64,000 nucleotides of DNA from an uncultured Bacteroidales bacterium (GCA_963698535.1 CAVORD010000001.1:1895823-1959822), one strand, 5' to 3'; positions 39,857 to 49,896 are shown, numbered from the stretch's first letter. The notes: generated by a model from the letters alone, not told the origin. Numbers and translations are program-made.

Positions 39857-40946
39857 TTACAAAGCCCCGAATTCCATCAGGAATGCCTTGATAAATCCGT
39901 TAAGCCCCCCGTCAAGTACTGCCTGAACATTACCAGTTTCGTAACCTGTACGCAGATCCTTTATCATCTTGTATGGATGAAGCACGTATGACCGTATCTG
40001 TGAGCCCCACTCGATCTTCTTCTTCGCACCTTCAATTATTGCCTGCTCCTCCATTCTCTTGCGCAATTCAAGCTCATAAAGGTGCGACTTGAGGATACGT
40101 AAAGCATTATCCTTGTTTTTCATCTGAGAACGGGTCTCCTGGTTCTCAATAACAAGCCCCGATGGCTGATGCCGGAGCCTTACCGCCGTCTCCACCTTAT
40201 TAACATTTTGTCCCCCTGCGCCACTCGACCTGAATGTCTCCCATGTAATATCGGCAGGGTTGATCTCTATTTCGATAGCATCATCCACCAGGGGAGATAC
40301 AAATACTGAAGCAAAGGTGGTCTGTCGCTTGCCCTGCGCATTGAAAGGAGAGATCCTTACCAGACGGTGTACGCCATTCTCACTTTTTAGATAGCCATAT
40401 CCCTTTTCCCCATCAAATTCAAGGGTTACCGACTTGATACCCACTTCATCGCCCGGCTGGAAATCCAGCTCCTTCACCTTATAACCGTTCGTCTCTCCCC
40501 ACCGGATATACATACGCATAAGCATGTCGGCCCAATCGTTGCTCTCGGTGCCCCCTGCTCCGGCATTTATCTTCATTATGGCACCCAGCTGATCTTCTTC
40601 CTTCCGGAGCATATTCCTTATCTCCAGATCACCAAGTATCGTCAGGGCTTTTTCATACTGCTCCTCGACCTCCTTTTCTGTTCCCTCGCCTTCCTTCCAG
40701 AACTGGAAGAGAACATTCATATCCTCTGTCGCACTTAGTAACTTATCGTATGATCCCGTCCAGCTCTTAAGTCCTGATATCTCCTTAAGCAACTCCTCAG
40801 CTGCCGGCGGGTCGTTCCAGAAGTCAGGCTCCCGGGTTATTTTCTCCTTCTCACTTATCTCCTTCTCTTTGCCGTCGATGTCAAAGATACCTCCTTAACG
40901 CATCCCGGCGCTCAATAATTTCCCTTATCTGCTCTATTGTAACCAT
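39857..40946 (-). CDS. prfB: peptide chain release factor 2 (programmed +1 frameshift)
   Basis: Frame 0 reads MVTIEQIREIIERRDALRRYL then TGA (40881-40883). The +1 frame continues DIDGKEKEISEKE... through SPF (NAQGKRQTTFASV) and GGQ (SSGAGGQNVNKVETAV) to 39857. Confidence 0.95.
40880..40895 (-). promoter_or_regulatory. RF2 autoregulatory +1 frameshift site
   Basis: The minus strand reads AGGAGG TAT CTT TGA C: an internal SD-like element, a CUU slippery codon and an in-frame UGA. Confidence 0.9.
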
Positions 40947-41038
40947 AGTCGAAGAAATTTCCTGCAAAATTACTCAATATCGTCGGGCTTAACAAGTGGG
41001 CGGGATGAGGACACGATTTTTTATATTAAATTCGTTCT

Positions 41039-41423
41039 ATGATAAACAAACTCTTTAACCTCCTGCTGCGATGCAGGCCGGCGGCAAAGTATTTGCTCGC
41101 CTTATGGATCATTACCATCCTGATCCTCTCATCGCTTCCATCATCAGCATTCCCTCTATTAAGATCGAAAGAATTATCGTCAGGATCGACCACCTGGTCC
41201 ACTTTATTGAGTATAGCATACTTTCATGGCTTACCTTTTATACATTTTGCCAGCATAAGATTAACATATACCTTAAGAAAGCTGATCATAATTTTTTCGG
41301 CCCTGGCTACTCTTTTCGATCGCCGATGAATCTCATCAATTGCTTATCCCCAGCAGGTCATTCAGCTTATACGACCTGTTAGCTGATTTCTAGGGTTATT
41401 GTTGGGATTCATCTTTCGTCTAA
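41039..41423 (+). pseudogene. VanZ family membrane protein, degraded (about 3 frameshifts plus an in-frame TAG)
   Basis: VanZ-like pieces occur in frames 2,1,2,0: YLLALWIITILILSSLP; IDHLVHFIEYSILSWL; LIIIFSALATLF; ADESHQLLIPSRSFSLYDLLADF-TAG(41391-41393)-GYCWD. Confidence 0.65.
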
Positions 41424-41666
41424 TGAACACCGGTTATAGAATTGCTTCCTCCTCTCCTGAAATAATTGTCGTATTAAAAAATTTCCCGTTCTGAAGTCAG
41501 AACATCCCTTCTCCTGTCTAATTACAGGCCGGAAATTTTATCTTATAACATTGTCCTCAGCGTTTAGATTGACGTTACAACAATGTATCATTAATGTAAC
41601 CGATCTGTAACCGGCTTTCGGCAGGAGTTACTTCATCTTTGCCCGGAAACAATTGAAAAATCAAAA

Positions 41667-42191
41667 ATGAAAGCAGTTATAAATTCAATAATCCTGATAA
41701 TAATTTTCTCAACCAATTCTGTAATAGCCCAGACCGGTAAAATTGAAGGAATTGTAATTGATCAGGAAAGTGGTATCACACTTGTGGGCTCAACAGTAAC
41801 TATCGACGGAACTACAATAGGAACAACAACTGATATAGATGGTAGATTCTCTCTAAACAATATTGCCCCGGGTACCTATAAGGTTAAAATCAGCTTTGTT
41901 TCATATTCCCCGGTATTAATCGACAGTGTTATCGTTGAGGCAGGTAATGTGAGTTTGTTACAAACAATCGGACTGGTAGAAAACATGGTTTCCGCCGGTG
42001 ACATTACAGTATCCGCAATCCGGAAGACAAATACCGACATGTCGGTTATAAGTATAATTAGAAGCGCACCCAATGTTGCATCGGGTATCTCCAGTCAGCA
42101 GATTTCGAGGACTCTCGACAAGGATGCATCAGAAGTAATAAGGCGAATACCCGGTATTACCATACAGGATGATGATTTGTCAAAGACCTAA
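41667..42191 (+). pseudogene. TonB-dependent receptor, N-terminal stump only (CarboxypepD_reg domain + start of plug)
   Basis: Signal peptide, GKIEGIVIDQESGITLVGSTVTIDGT...DGRFSL, then IRRIPGITIQDD, where the ORF ends after 174 aa. The next gene starts inside its last codons. Confidence 0.7.
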
Positions 42192-42195
42192 CCAA

Positions 42196-43734
42196 ATGAT
42201 CATGAAAAACAGGAATTCACTTCTAGCTTTGGGAATCATTTTTCTCTCATTCATTCCACTTGCTGCTAATTCACAGGATCCATCATCACAGGTGCTCCTG
42301 GGAAAGGCTGACCAGTATAAGGCAAAGAAAATAGCACTCGACTACCTTTCAGAAGATAAGGCACTCGAATTGTACGGATCTGTCTCCGACAGCATCTGGA
42401 ATTTTGCCGAGCTCGGTATGCAGGAGTTCAGGTCTTCGGCTCTGCTGATATCTCTTCTTGAAGCTGAAGGATTTACAGTCGAAAAGAATATAGCAGGCAT
42501 ACCCACTGCCTTCATAGCCTCATGGGGTAGCGGCAAACCCGTAATAGGTGTTCTGGGAGAGTACGATGCCCTGCCGGGAATATCACAGAAACCCCTTACG
42601 ACGGTTAAAGATCCTATTGTCATCGGCGGACCGGGCCATGGCTGCGGTCATAATATGATGGGAACCGCCGGTGTAGCTGCAGTAATTGCCGTTAAGAAGG
42701 CCATGGAGAAAGAGAAGATCGCGGGAACAATAAGGTTTTATGGCTCACCGGCTGAAGAGACTGTGATAAGCAGACCTTATATGGTTAGAGCGGGGGTGTT
42801 TAAAGATGTCGACGTTGTAATTGACAACCACGCTTCATCCGATTTTGGAACAGGTTACGGAGTAAGTGGCAATGCAGTTATTTCAGTGCTCTTCACATTC
42901 GAAGGAAGAACGGCCCACTCAGCAGGAGCTCCCTGGGCAGGAAGAAGTGCCCTTGATGCCGTTGAAATAATGAATGTCTCTGCCAACTACCTGCGCGAAC
43001 ATCTTCACTATACTCATCGCCTGCACTATGTTATTACCGACGGCGGACAGGCACCCAATGTTGTACCCGACGCAGCTACTGTATGGTATTACGTCAGAAA
43101 CACTGATGACCGTATCGAGGATATGTATGAAAGAGTTGTTAACTGTGCGAAAGGTGCGGCCCTGGCAACAGGAACACAACTGACAGATATAAGGGTACTT
43201 ACAGGTGTCCATCAGAGACACTCTAACCAAACGGTGGCAGAACAACTTCAGCGCAATATTGAACTGATAGGACTGCCCCAATGGACAGAGGAAGAGAACA
43301 ATTTCGCCATAGGATTGCAGTCATCACTGGAAGCCAAGGAGAAGGGCTATCCTGTAAAAGTAAACGGTATCCGCCAGCGTCCGGAGATACAAGTTGGAGG
43401 AGGATCATCTGATGTTGGAGATGTTACCCTTGTAGCACCCACGGCAACCGTCAACTTCCCCGGCGGTGTTCCCGGCGCTATTGGTCACCACTGGTCGGCT
43501 GTAAGCTCATACTATGGTTCAGCTGCCCGCAAAGGAGTGATAGCCGGAGCAAAGGTGATGTCGGCAACGGCCCTGGATTATCTTACCAATAAACCGTTGC
43601 TTGAAAAAACAAGAAAAGAGTTTGAGGAGTACAGCAAAACACATCCGTACAAATCATTTCTCCCTGAGGATGCAATGCCTCCACTCGACCTCAACAGGGA
43701 CATAATGCAGAAGTTCATCAATTCGAATAGGTAA
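42196..43734 (+). CDS. M20 family amidohydrolase/peptidase (AbgB-like), secreted
   Basis: Signal peptide plus metal-binding motifs GGPGHGCGHN and GSPAEE. Confidence 0.8.
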   Translation: MIMKNRNSLLALGIIFLSFIPLAANSQDPSSQVLLGKADQYKAKKIALDYLSEDKALELYGSVSDSIWNFAELGMQEFRSSALLISLLEAEGFTVEKNIAGIPTAFIASWGSGKPVIGVLGEYDALPGISQKPLTTVKDPIVIGGPGHGCGHNMMGTAGVAAVIAVKKAMEKEKIAGTIRFYGSPAEETVISRPYMVRAGVFKDVDVVIDNHASSDFGTGYGVSGNAVISVLFTFEGRTAHSAGAPWAGRSALDAVEIMNVSANYLREHLHYTHRLHYVITDGGQAPNVVPDAATVWYYVRNTDDRIEDMYERVVNCAKGAALATGTQLTDIRVLTGVHQRHSNQTVAEQLQRNIELIGLPQWTEEENNFAIGLQSSLEAKEKGYPVKVNGIRQRPEIQVGGGSSDVGDVTLVAPTATVNFPGGVPGAIGHHWSAVSSYYGSAARKGVIAGAKVMSATALDYLTNKPLLEKTRKEFEEYSKTHPYKSFLPEDAMPPLDLNRDIMQKFINSNR

Positions 43735-43784
43735 TTCTTATATTGGCACTATCTTTGTGCCATAAAAGCCAAATACCTATTCCT

Positions 43785-44237
43785 ATGACAAAGAAAGTTC
43801 TGTTGACCGTTCTTATATCCGGACTTATACTTCTTTCAGCCTGTAAGGGCTTCAAATACCACGTCTATGGGTTCGAGTTTACCAATGAAACCGACCGCGA
43901 TGTGTCTGTATCGTTCCTTGTTAAGACAGGATCACCTTATACTGCCAGTCTTAAACCAGGGGCCGACACAATATTCTATCAGGAGCGTCGTATGGCAAAA
44001 GACTTCGACAATCCTGTATCGATGTTCAGGGAGTATTTCAGGGAGGTAAAGATATTCTTCAGCGGAATAACTCCTTATGTAAAGTTTGAAGAGGGTTACG
44101 ACCCCCTTAACTTCAATCCGGAATATGATATCTTCGAGCTGACAAAAGCATGGGAATTCGCAATCAGGGACATGGACAATCCCGCCGGCAGGATGGGATC
44201 CGGAGCTATATATCTATACCCTGCGCATCAAACCTGA
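43785..44237 (+). CDS. hypothetical lipoprotein
   Basis: ATG 43785 gives MTKKVLLTVLISGLILLSAC (lipobox). No recognisable family. Confidence 0.5.
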   Translation: MTKKVLLTVLISGLILLSACKGFKYHVYGFEFTNETDRDVSVSFLVKTGSPYTASLKPGADTIFYQERRMAKDFDNPVSMFREYFREVKIFFSGITPYVKFEEGYDPLNFNPEYDIFELTKAWEFAIRDMDNPAGRMGSGAIYLYPAHQT

Positions 44238-44341
44238 AAATGTGCTGATCCAGCTTAAATAAAGTCAAACTCATTTCACACATTTTTATCTCTTATTGAC
44301 CAGGCTATTTTACAATTTTAAGAAATTTGTAATTTAGCTGT

Positions 44342-44887
44342 ATGTCTCGCGGCTATAGGATTACTGACCAACATGGCCTGTACTTTCTGACTTTTCAGGT
44401 TGTCGACTGGATAGACCTTTTCAGCCGCAAGAATTATCGTGACATTATAATTGACTCACTGAAGTATTGCATTGATAACAAGGGATTGCAGCTTTTCGCA
44501 TATGTTATTATGACCAACCACATCCATCTGATCGCAAACTGTCCTGAAGGCAATTTAAGCGATGTTATACGGGATTTCAAGAAATTCACTTCTAAAAGTT
44601 TTCTGGACATCGCGATCACAGTCACAGAAAGCCGCCGTAGCTGGATGATCGACAGATTCAGAGCACATGCTGCGTCACATAAACGCAATGAAAATTTTCA
44701 GATCTGGACACACGAAAACCACCCGATAGAACTCTATTCAGGTAAGTTTGTCAGTCAAAAACTTAATTATATTCACAATAATCCTGTAAAGGCAGGCATT
44801 GTTGAAAAACCGGAAGACTATCAATATTCAAGTGCAAGAAACTATGCCGGATTGGATGCAAAAATTGAAGTTACCTTGTTGTTTTAA
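44342..44887 (+). CDS. REP-associated tyrosine transposase (RAYT; IS200/IS605 Y1 HUH family), solitary
   Basis: HUH motif MTNHIHLIA and C-terminal NPVKAGIVEKPEDYQYSSARNY. No TnpB gene and no inverted repeats seen. Confidence 0.8.
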   Translation: MSRGYRITDQHGLYFLTFQVVDWIDLFSRKNYRDIIIDSLKYCIDNKGLQLFAYVIMTNHIHLIANCPEGNLSDVIRDFKKFTSKSFLDIAITVTESRRSWMIDRFRAHAASHKRNENFQIWTHENHPIELYSGKFVSQKLNYIHNNPVKAGIVEKPEDYQYSSARNYAGLDAKIEVTLLF

Positions 44888-45005
44888 TCTGAATAGTTGT
44901 TTTTTAAACAATATGCAATTATTGGATAGATGATGTGTCTTGCCGTACTCTGCAGATGTTCATAATCAATTAACTAAGCTGCTGACTATATTTGATAGCA
45001 AAGCT

Positions 45006-45028
45006 GTTCGTAGTCTGAGACTACGAAC
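45006..45028. repeat. perfect 10-bp-stem palindrome (REP-like hairpin) between convergent genes
   Basis: GTTCGTAGTC-TGA-GACTACGAAC. No U-tract on either strand. Contains a GTAG tetranucleotide. Confidence 0.6.
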
Positions 45029-45063
45029 TACCGCATAATAACTAAACTATCAATATTAGATCT

Positions 45064-46347
45064 CTAATAAACACGGTACCCTGAAAATGAGCCGGTACCT
45101 GATTCAGACGAGGAACCAGTGTTAATCCGAACTGTTACATACTGACCTGCATTAAGCTTAATTGTAATAGAGCGATGCAAAAGCATGCCTTGATTAATAC
45201 CTGTTTGAAGTGTTTCGTATAAAAACCCGTCAACATAGACATACAATTTCCTTACATCGCCGATACCTGTAGCATTAAATCCAATATTAAAGGTGTAAAT
45301 TCCGGCTAAAGGTGCTGTAAATCTTCCAGTATTGGGATCATAAGATAAAGAACTGTCATACTCTTCCCCGTCAGCAATGAAATCATAATCAGTAACAAAA
45401 CTCAACCCGGTTACTGAGACAGTCCTCTTCGCCCTAAACGCCACCATATTGCTACTCAGGTTAACACTTTTCGTAACACCTCCCTCAACGATTTCGAGGT
45501 TTGTTCCGTTTACTCTGACATCTGTAATTGCTTCATTTGTAGGATCAGCATCAGCATCATTTTTCAGCTCCGACAGGTCGATCTTAGCCGTCGAATTACT
45601 TATCCCTATCAGCCTGTTTCCTGCGTCCCAGTTAAGGGTCTGGTTATAAGGATTGAGATTAATTGAGTCCGGAGAAGCCAATTTGGTTACCTTAAGATAA
45701 TGGTTAACGAGTTTCAGGTCCTGTAACTCATTCGTCGGGTCAAAGTCAGCATCATTCTTAAGTGATGTAAGGTCGACCTCATTGATTTTTATTCCGCCAA
45801 TCTTACTTAATATTGATAATATGTTACCATCAAACGACAGTGCCTGATCATCAGTGGCAGGATCTCCCGGATCTCCCTTCGGCCCTGCCGGTCCAGGTGT
45901 TCCCGGTATTCCCTGCGGTCCTGGTTCCAGCGACTTTAAAGCATAGAGAGCATAGGGGACAGCCATGAACTGCATGGTCCCCATCTCCAGGAAATCATTG
46001 GCAAATTTTATCTCAACCTTCAGATAGTGGTTCAGACTGCCCCAGTCGATCTGGCCAAATGTTACCGATCCGCCAGTGGGCGTGCCCTTACCCACTATAA
46101 GGGAGAATACTCCATATTTCGAGGTCTTGACACCGGAATGTAACTCCTCATAGACCACCGTTCCCAGGGGACTGCCGGAGAGGATCGTAAACTTTACCGA
46201 AAGGTCCTTGTCTGCAAGCTCCCTGCCCGTATTATCTCTGGCCACAGCCTGATAGTGTATCCCGGCAGGTACATTTTGTGCTTCCAATATTCCCGGGACT
46301 GCGGAGAACAACAGTACTGCTAATAATATGGAGAATAACCTTTTCAT
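45064..46347 (-). CDS. secreted protein with collagen-like Gly-X-Y stretch and C-terminal C1q/TNF-like jelly-roll domain
   Basis: Signal peptide. GPQGIPGTPGPAGPKGDPGDP (7 G-X-Y triplets). Two NDAD.DPTNE repeats. C-terminus ...GRFTAPLAGIYTFNIGF...YVTVRIN... Confidence 0.65.
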   Translation of the reverse strand: MKRLFSILLAVLLFSAVPGILEAQNVPAGIHYQAVARDNTGRELADKDLSVKFTILSGSPLGTVVYEELHSGVKTSKYGVFSLIVGKGTPTGGSVTFGQIDWGSLNHYLKVEIKFANDFLEMGTMQFMAVPYALYALKSLEPGPQGIPGTPGPAGPKGDPGDPATDDQALSFDGNILSILSKIGGIKINEVDLTSLKNDADFDPTNELQDLKLVNHYLKVTKLASPDSINLNPYNQTLNWDAGNRLIGISNSTAKIDLSELKNDADADPTNEAITDVRVNGTNLEIVEGGVTKSVNLSSNMVAFRAKRTVSVTGLSFVTDYDFIADGEEYDSSLSYDPNTGRFTAPLAGIYTFNIGFNATGIGDVRKLYVYVDGFLYETLQTGINQGMLLHRSITIKLNAGQYVTVRINTGSSSESGTGSFSGYRVY

Positions 46348-46358
46348 AATGACAGGTA

Positions 46359-46865
46359 TTACATTTTTTCAATCTTAAAAACACGGTCGATCCGGCCATC
46401 ATCACCGATAACCCTTACCAGATAAATCCCTTTACTGAAATTCGACATATCCACGATCTCCTCAATAAAATGCTGATCAGAGAATCCGCACTTATCTGAG
46501 TAGACAAGGGTGCCGCTGAAACTATAAATATGTATGACGTACGATGCTGCTGCATCGCCATAAAAAAGAATTTTCAACTCACGTGTAACCGGATTGGGAT
46601 AGGCATTTACTCCCGTTCCTTTCGGTTTGCTGACAAACACATCTTTAACTCTGGGCTGCTGAAAACCTTGAGTAAGTGCAAACGATGATATATCAAAAAG
46701 AACAACCGCTGTCTCACCAACGGTCTGTGAAACGGAATATCCCTGAACTGTAGTCACTGATGCTGCCGGCAAAAATACCTGATGTGAAACCTGCTGCCCT
46801 GAGGTCTGGGCAAGGGACAAAAATAAACTTACTAAAAACAGATATGTTTTACTGCTTTTGGTCAT
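46359..46865 (-). CDS. small T9SS type A sorting (C-terminal) domain protein
   Basis: Signal peptide, LTQGFQQP motif, and a C-terminal domain YPNPVTRELKI...GIYLVRVIGDDG. Confidence 0.7.
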   Translation of the reverse strand: MTKSSKTYLFLVSLFLSLAQTSGQQVSHQVFLPAASVTTVQGYSVSQTVGETAVVLFDISSFALTQGFQQPRVKDVFVSKPKGTGVNAYPNPVTRELKILFYGDAAASYVIHIYSFSGTLVYSDKCGFSDQHFIEEIVDMSNFSKGIYLVRVIGDDGRIDRVFKIEKM

Positions 46866-47012
46866 AAATGAAATTTAACCTCCAAAAATATAAAAAAAAT
46901 TCATCTGACCTAACCATTTAATGCCATAATGGTAATTAAGGATAAGATGAAAAAGCAATTCCATGGAGGTAATTATTAAGGAATTTTTAGAAAAAAGCAG
47001 TAAATATGTATT

Positions 47013-47615
47013 ATGTCACTACTTAATTGTTTTAAAGAGGGAGTTTGTGAGGCCGGCATTGATGAAGCCGGAAGAGGAGCACTGGCAGGTCCTGTGGCTG
47101 CTGCTGCTGTTATACTGCCTCCGGGCTATTCAAACCCATACCTTAACGACAGCAAGAAGCTCAAAGCAACCGACAGATACAAACTCCGTGAAGAGATAAC
47201 GGAGAGTGCCCTGGCATGGGCTGTAGCCTTTATCACAAACAAGGAGATAGACCAGATCAACATTCTGCGTGCCACATTTAAAGCGATGCACCATGCCATT
47301 GATGGACTGGAGAGTGAACCGGAAATGTTACTTGTCGATGGGCACCTCTTTTTACCCTTTAAAAAGATACCGTGGAAAACGATAGTTAAGGGTGACGGAA
47401 TTTATCAGTCCATCGCTGCCGCCTCGGTAATTGCCAAAACATATCGCGACGATATGATGAAGAGCATCGCCCTCGAGTATCCCGGCTATGGTTGGGAGAG
47501 AAACATGGGTTACGGCACCATAGAACATCGCAATGCAATTCTGAGGTCAGGCCATACCCCCTATCATCGTCTCACTTTCAGGTTGACCGATCCACAGATA
47601 AAGCTTCCTTTTTAA
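47013..47615 (+). CDS. rnhB: ribonuclease HII
   Basis: Carries GIDEAGRGALAGPV and DSKKL. Confidence 0.9.
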   Translation: MSLLNCFKEGVCEAGIDEAGRGALAGPVAAAAVILPPGYSNPYLNDSKKLKATDRYKLREEITESALAWAVAFITNKEIDQINILRATFKAMHHAIDGLESEPEMLLVDGHLFLPFKKIPWKTIVKGDGIYQSIAAASVIAKTYRDDMMKSIALEYPGYGWERNMGYGTIEHRNAILRSGHTPYHRLTFRLTDPQIKLPF

Positions 47616-47698
47616 CTTCCTTTCCTTTGGCTCTTTAAAGAGAGAAATCTATCTTTGACTATTCTTGTAATATTCAATTAAAAACTAATACTTCAAAA

Positions 47699-49849
47699 AT
47701 GAGAAGACTATTATCACTGCTTATCATCTTTATGCTAAGCCTTTCCTTTCAGGCCCGTGCCGACGAAGGTATGTGGCTGCTGCCACTGTTAGAGAAGCTC
47801 AACATGGGCAAAATGACCGAGTTGGGACTTAAGCTTAGTGCCGAAGAGATCTACAGTCTTAACCAACCAAGCATCAAAGATGCAATTGTTATTTTCGGTG
47901 GCGGTTGTACAGGGGAGATCGTATCTTCCAAAGGCCTGCTCCTTACCAACCACCATTGCGGTTACGGAGCTATCCAGTCCCATAGTTCAGTGGAACACGA
48001 CTACCTTACAAATGGTTTCTGGGCTAAGGATCAATCAGAAGAATTACCAAACCAGAGGTTGTCGGTTACATTTTTAGTTAGCATAGAGGACGTTACCGGT
48101 AAGGTTCTTGCAGGTGTAACAGACGGCATGAATGAAGAAGAATTCAATAAAGTGACCGGTGCCGCAAGAATGGCAATAGCCTCCGAAGCTACAAAAGACA
48201 ACCATTACAGGGCACAAGTGGCTTCCTTTTATGGCGGAAACAACTTCTACCTTCTTGTTTATGAGATCTACAGCGATGTAAGGCTCGTTGGTACTCCTCC
48301 GAACTCGATCGGTAAATTTGGTCACGACACCGACAACTGGGAATGGCCAAGACATACAGGCGACTTTTCCGTTTTCAGGGTTTATATGAGTCCCGATGGT
48401 AAGCCTGCAGGATATTCAAAGGATAATGTTCCCTTGAAGCCACGTCACTATCTTCCTGTTTCTATTAAAGGTGTAGAAAAGGATGATTTCGCCATGGTAA
48501 TGGGCTATCCCGGTGGTACACAGAGATATATGACCTCTTTCGAGATCGACGAGGTACAGAATATTACACACCCCAACAGGATCAAGATACGTGGTGCCCG
48601 TCAGGAGATACTTATGGCCGATATGATGGCTGACCCTAAAGTCAACATACAGTACGCCAGCAAATATTCAGGTTCATCGAACTACTGGAAATTCTCAATA
48701 GGCCAGAAGGGCGGACTCGAGAGACTAAAAGTAAAAGAAGATAAACTCAATATCGAGAAGAAATTCTCAGAGTGGATGAAAGCCGATCAGTCGAGGGTTG
48801 ATAAGTACGGTACTGCACTGGATCTTATTAAAACATCCGTCGAGGCAAGAGCCGAATACCTGAACGCTCAGCAATACCTGGGTGAATGTCTGCGCACAGG
48901 ATCTGAACTCATCTCCTTTGCAGGGAGATTTAACAGCCTGAAGACAGCTCTCGAAAGTGGTGATGCCAAGAAAATAGAGGATACTGCCAAGAACCTTAAG
49001 GATATGGCCGAAGGATTCTACAAGGACTATAACGCTCCTACCGACCTGAAGTCAAGTAAAGCAATGCTTGCAATGTTCAAAGCTGATGTACCTCAGAAGT
49101 TCCACCCATCTTTCTATCAGGTGGTAGACAAGAAATTCAAGGGTAATGCAGGTGCTTTTGTGGATGACATGTTCGCAAAGTCTGTATTTGCAAGTGAAGC
49201 CAAGTTGAATGCTTTCCTGGCAAACCCAAGCCTCAAGGTATTATTGAAAGACCCTGCCTTCATTGCAGGTTTGTCGGTAGGTGAAAAAAATCAGGAACTG
49301 TTTACAGCATCTGCCAAATTTGATCTCGACCTGCAAAGAGGCCGGAGACTATGGATTGCAGGACTTAAGGAGATGATGCCTGATCAGACCCTTTACCCTG
49401 ACGCCAATTTTACAATGCGTCTCTCCTATGGTACCGTACAGGATTATGAGCCACGCGACGGTGTTATTTATAAATACTATACTACACTTAAGGGTGCTGC
49501 CGATAAATATAAGCCTGGTGATTATGAATTCGACCTGCCTGAAAGGCTCCTCGAACTGGAGAAAGCCAAGAATTACGGCCGGTACGCTTCTAAGAATGGT
49601 GATCTTGTCACATGCTTCATCACCAATAATGATATCACCGGAGGAAACTCAGGAAGCCCCGTTATCAACGGTAACGGCGAACTTATAGGACTCGCCTTTG
49701 ACGGAAACTGGGAAGCAATGAGCGGAGATGTTGCATTCTCACCGGCGCTCCAAAGGACGATCATTGTGGATATAAGATATGTATTGTGGGTTATCGATGT
49801 CTACTCAGGAGCAGGACATCTTGTTGATGAGATGACGATCCGTGAATAA
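47699..49849 (+). CDS. S46 family dipeptidyl-peptidase (DPP7/DPP11-like)
   Basis: Signal peptide followed by DEGMWL, catalytic TNHHCG, and GGNSGSPV. Confidence 0.9.
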   Translation: MRRLLSLLIIFMLSLSFQARADEGMWLLPLLEKLNMGKMTELGLKLSAEEIYSLNQPSIKDAIVIFGGGCTGEIVSSKGLLLTNHHCGYGAIQSHSSVEHDYLTNGFWAKDQSEELPNQRLSVTFLVSIEDVTGKVLAGVTDGMNEEEFNKVTGAARMAIASEATKDNHYRAQVASFYGGNNFYLLVYEIYSDVRLVGTPPNSIGKFGHDTDNWEWPRHTGDFSVFRVYMSPDGKPAGYSKDNVPLKPRHYLPVSIKGVEKDDFAMVMGYPGGTQRYMTSFEIDEVQNITHPNRIKIRGARQEILMADMMADPKVNIQYASKYSGSSNYWKFSIGQKGGLERLKVKEDKLNIEKKFSEWMKADQSRVDKYGTALDLIKTSVEARAEYLNAQQYLGECLRTGSELISFAGRFNSLKTALESGDAKKIEDTAKNLKDMAEGFYKDYNAPTDLKSSKAMLAMFKADVPQKFHPSFYQVVDKKFKGNAGAFVDDMFAKSVFASEAKLNAFLANPSLKVLLKDPAFIAGLSVGEKNQELFTASAKFDLDLQRGRRLWIAGLKEMMPDQTLYPDANFTMRLSYGTVQDYEPRDGVIYKYYTTLKGAADKYKPGDYEFDLPERLLELEKAKNYGRYASKNGDLVTCFITNNDITGGNSGSPVINGNGELIGLAFDGNWEAMSGDVAFSPALQRTIIVDIRYVLWVIDVYSGAGHLVDEMTIRE

Positions 49850-49867
49850 TAAAACTGTTTTAAAGTT

Positions 49868-49896
49868 AAAGGCTGCTCTTCGGGGCAGCCTTTTTT
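49868..49896 (+). terminator. Rho-independent terminator after the S46 peptidase gene
   Basis: 8-bp stem GGCTGCTC/GGGGCAGCC closing a TTCG tetraloop, followed by T6. Confidence 0.8.

Noticed and set aside
39857-40946. prfB as another frameshift pseudogene.
   Set aside because: The break is the canonical SD-CUU-UGA-C programmed +1 site, and both parts are intact.
41383-41666. Cobalamin or TPP riboswitch upstream of the TonB-dependent receptor stump.
   Set aside because: I could not find a B12-box-like (GCCACTG-type) core or a TPP CTGAGA/ACCTGA core by eye. This is left as unassigned structure and needs a covariance-model scan.
44342-44887. An active IS200/IS605 insertion sequence.
   Set aside because: There is no tnpB, no recognisable subterminal hairpin pair flanking the gene, and only a single copy in the window. 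It is better described as a solitary RAYT-type gene.
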